From: Microbotryum violaceum
Taxonomy: Eukaryota
Assembly: GCA_001244265.2 (NCBI GenBank)
Contig: CDLV01000006.1
Span: 806,001-870,000, forward strand
Length of the DNA stretch: 64,000 bases
Direction: 5' to 3'
Each line of letters begins with the position of its first letter. Position 1 is the first letter of the stretch. The position numbers were made by a program, and so were the translations under genes. Under the pieces are notes generated by a model. That model did no database searches and had not been told where the DNA came from. It saw nothing but the letters and a program-made list of their open reading frames with translations. Shown here in pieces: positions 62,545 through 64,000 of this stretch.

Positions 62545-63697
62545 ATGGACGCGACTGAACCAGCACCGGGCGCCAACGCGGTCGAGTCCGCCAAGAAACA
62601 GTGGCAGGTCAGTACCAGAGCGATGGAGAGGACCTTCACCAGAGGATATGCTCATCAATCGTCCCTCTCCTCCTTCCCCGTGACCTTGCTCATGCTTGGC
62701 CCCGTGACCGTCACAACACGGATGCAACACGCGTTCCTTCTCGGATCGGCCTTGCTCGCGCGTCGCAATTTCTCGGCCCACACCTACGCCCACACCCACA
62801 CCCACACACACACGTGGCTTCCGGTCGAGCTCATCCAGGTGTTTCAAGCAGCATTAGGTGCGCAACCCGCACAAGCTCACCACGAAAACAACAAAACCCC
62901 AACTCTGACGCTGCTCTGTTGCTACGACACAGATCGAACGACACCCCACACACTGCGCCGATGGATGTCGACGTTCGTCCTGTTCCTCGTCTTTTTCGGC
63001 CGCATCCTCTGGGCCCAGGCGTACTATATCGTCTGCTATGCTCTTGGGTCAGTCTGGAGTGTAAAGCACCTCGCTCTACGCGAACGCTCACCTCGAGCTC
63101 GAGCGTCCGGCAAACTCTTCCTCCCACAGTATTTACCTCCTCAACCTCTTTCTCGCCTTTCTCCAACCCAAGGTAAGAGCTCAAACCGAGCCCAACCTGA
63201 TCCGAGACGTCTCTTGTGCTCAACAACATTCTGCGTTGTGCACAGTTCGACCCCTCCGTTCCCGACATCGCCGAATCCGACATCGCCGACGGCGCCCCCG
63301 GACTCCCGACCTCCATGTCGGCCGCCCAAGCGCAATCCTCCGCCCTCAACGGCACCACCGACTCGGGTGAATTCCGTCCCTTCATCCGTCGTCTGCCCGA
63401 ATTCAAGTTCTGGTATTCCGCGACCAAGGCGATCGCTTTCTCCCTGTTGGCGACCTGTTTCCCTTTGTTCGATGTGCCCGTCTTTTGGCCCATCTTGTTG
63501 GTCTACTTTTGTGTGTTGTTCTTCATTACGATGAGGAGACAGATCGGGCACATGAGGAAATACAAGTAAGCGCTCTGGGGTCCTTTCTTGCGTTTACGGA
63601 TTCGCATGGTCATACTGACATGGAGCCTAATTTTTCTTCATTGTTCATCAGATACCTTCCGTGGGACTTGGGCAAGACCTCGTACGGGAACAACTAG
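62545..63697 (+). CDS. RER1: ER retrieval receptor Rer1, multi-exon
   Basis: [69 protein letters not shown]. Confidence 0.95.
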
Positions 63698-64000
63698 AGG
63701 AAATGGGGGCGGAGAGTCTAGGTCTAGGTGGTGGGCAGTAGTTGGTATAGGTACGATCAACGAGTCTAACAAGAATCCGACCAAGGCCTTGGAACCGAGC
63801 TCTTGGAGGAATAGAATGGAGCGTGGGCCAGAGTAATCTTCAACGACGGCTTACGAGTGCGAGTGCGAGTGCAAGGGCTCGAAGCGGTAGATGGGCTACC
63901 AGGTGTAATTCGTTATTTGTTTTGTACACTTGCTATGCAGATTCGCCGAGACATGTTCAGAAGAAGAGCAGGTGCTAGTCGGGGTTGACAGTTGTCGAGA

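Overview
Intron-rich eukaryotic DNA, most consistent with a basidiomycete fungus (inferred from gene content, short GT..CTRAC..AG introns and high GC). Most of the window is ordinary genes: ROM2-like Rho GEF, pyruvate carboxylase, GH20 hexosaminidase, CCT8, RIM2-like carrier, CWC27, HOS3-like HDAC, HSF-domain factor, GPR89/GTG, HRD3/SEL1L and RER1. Between the Rho GEF and pyruvate carboxylase sits a ~22 kb accessory island (6517-28187). It holds a ~19.6 kb head-to-tail, co-oriented (minus-strand) train of seven non-LTR retroelement pieces from four apparent families (named A-D here); A and B encode L1/Tx1-type proteins. Six of the seven pieces carry a poly(A) tail. The train contains a 2.7 kb patchwork of mitochondrial and linear-plasmid DNA and a 1.06 kb fold-back duplication, and it ends about 50 bp upstream of a tRNA-Gly(GCC) gene. 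About 90 bp downstream of the tRNA is a Mutator-like element with a second 9-bp-TSD element nested inside. Exon boundaries were read by eye, gene spans include introns, and no database searches were run.
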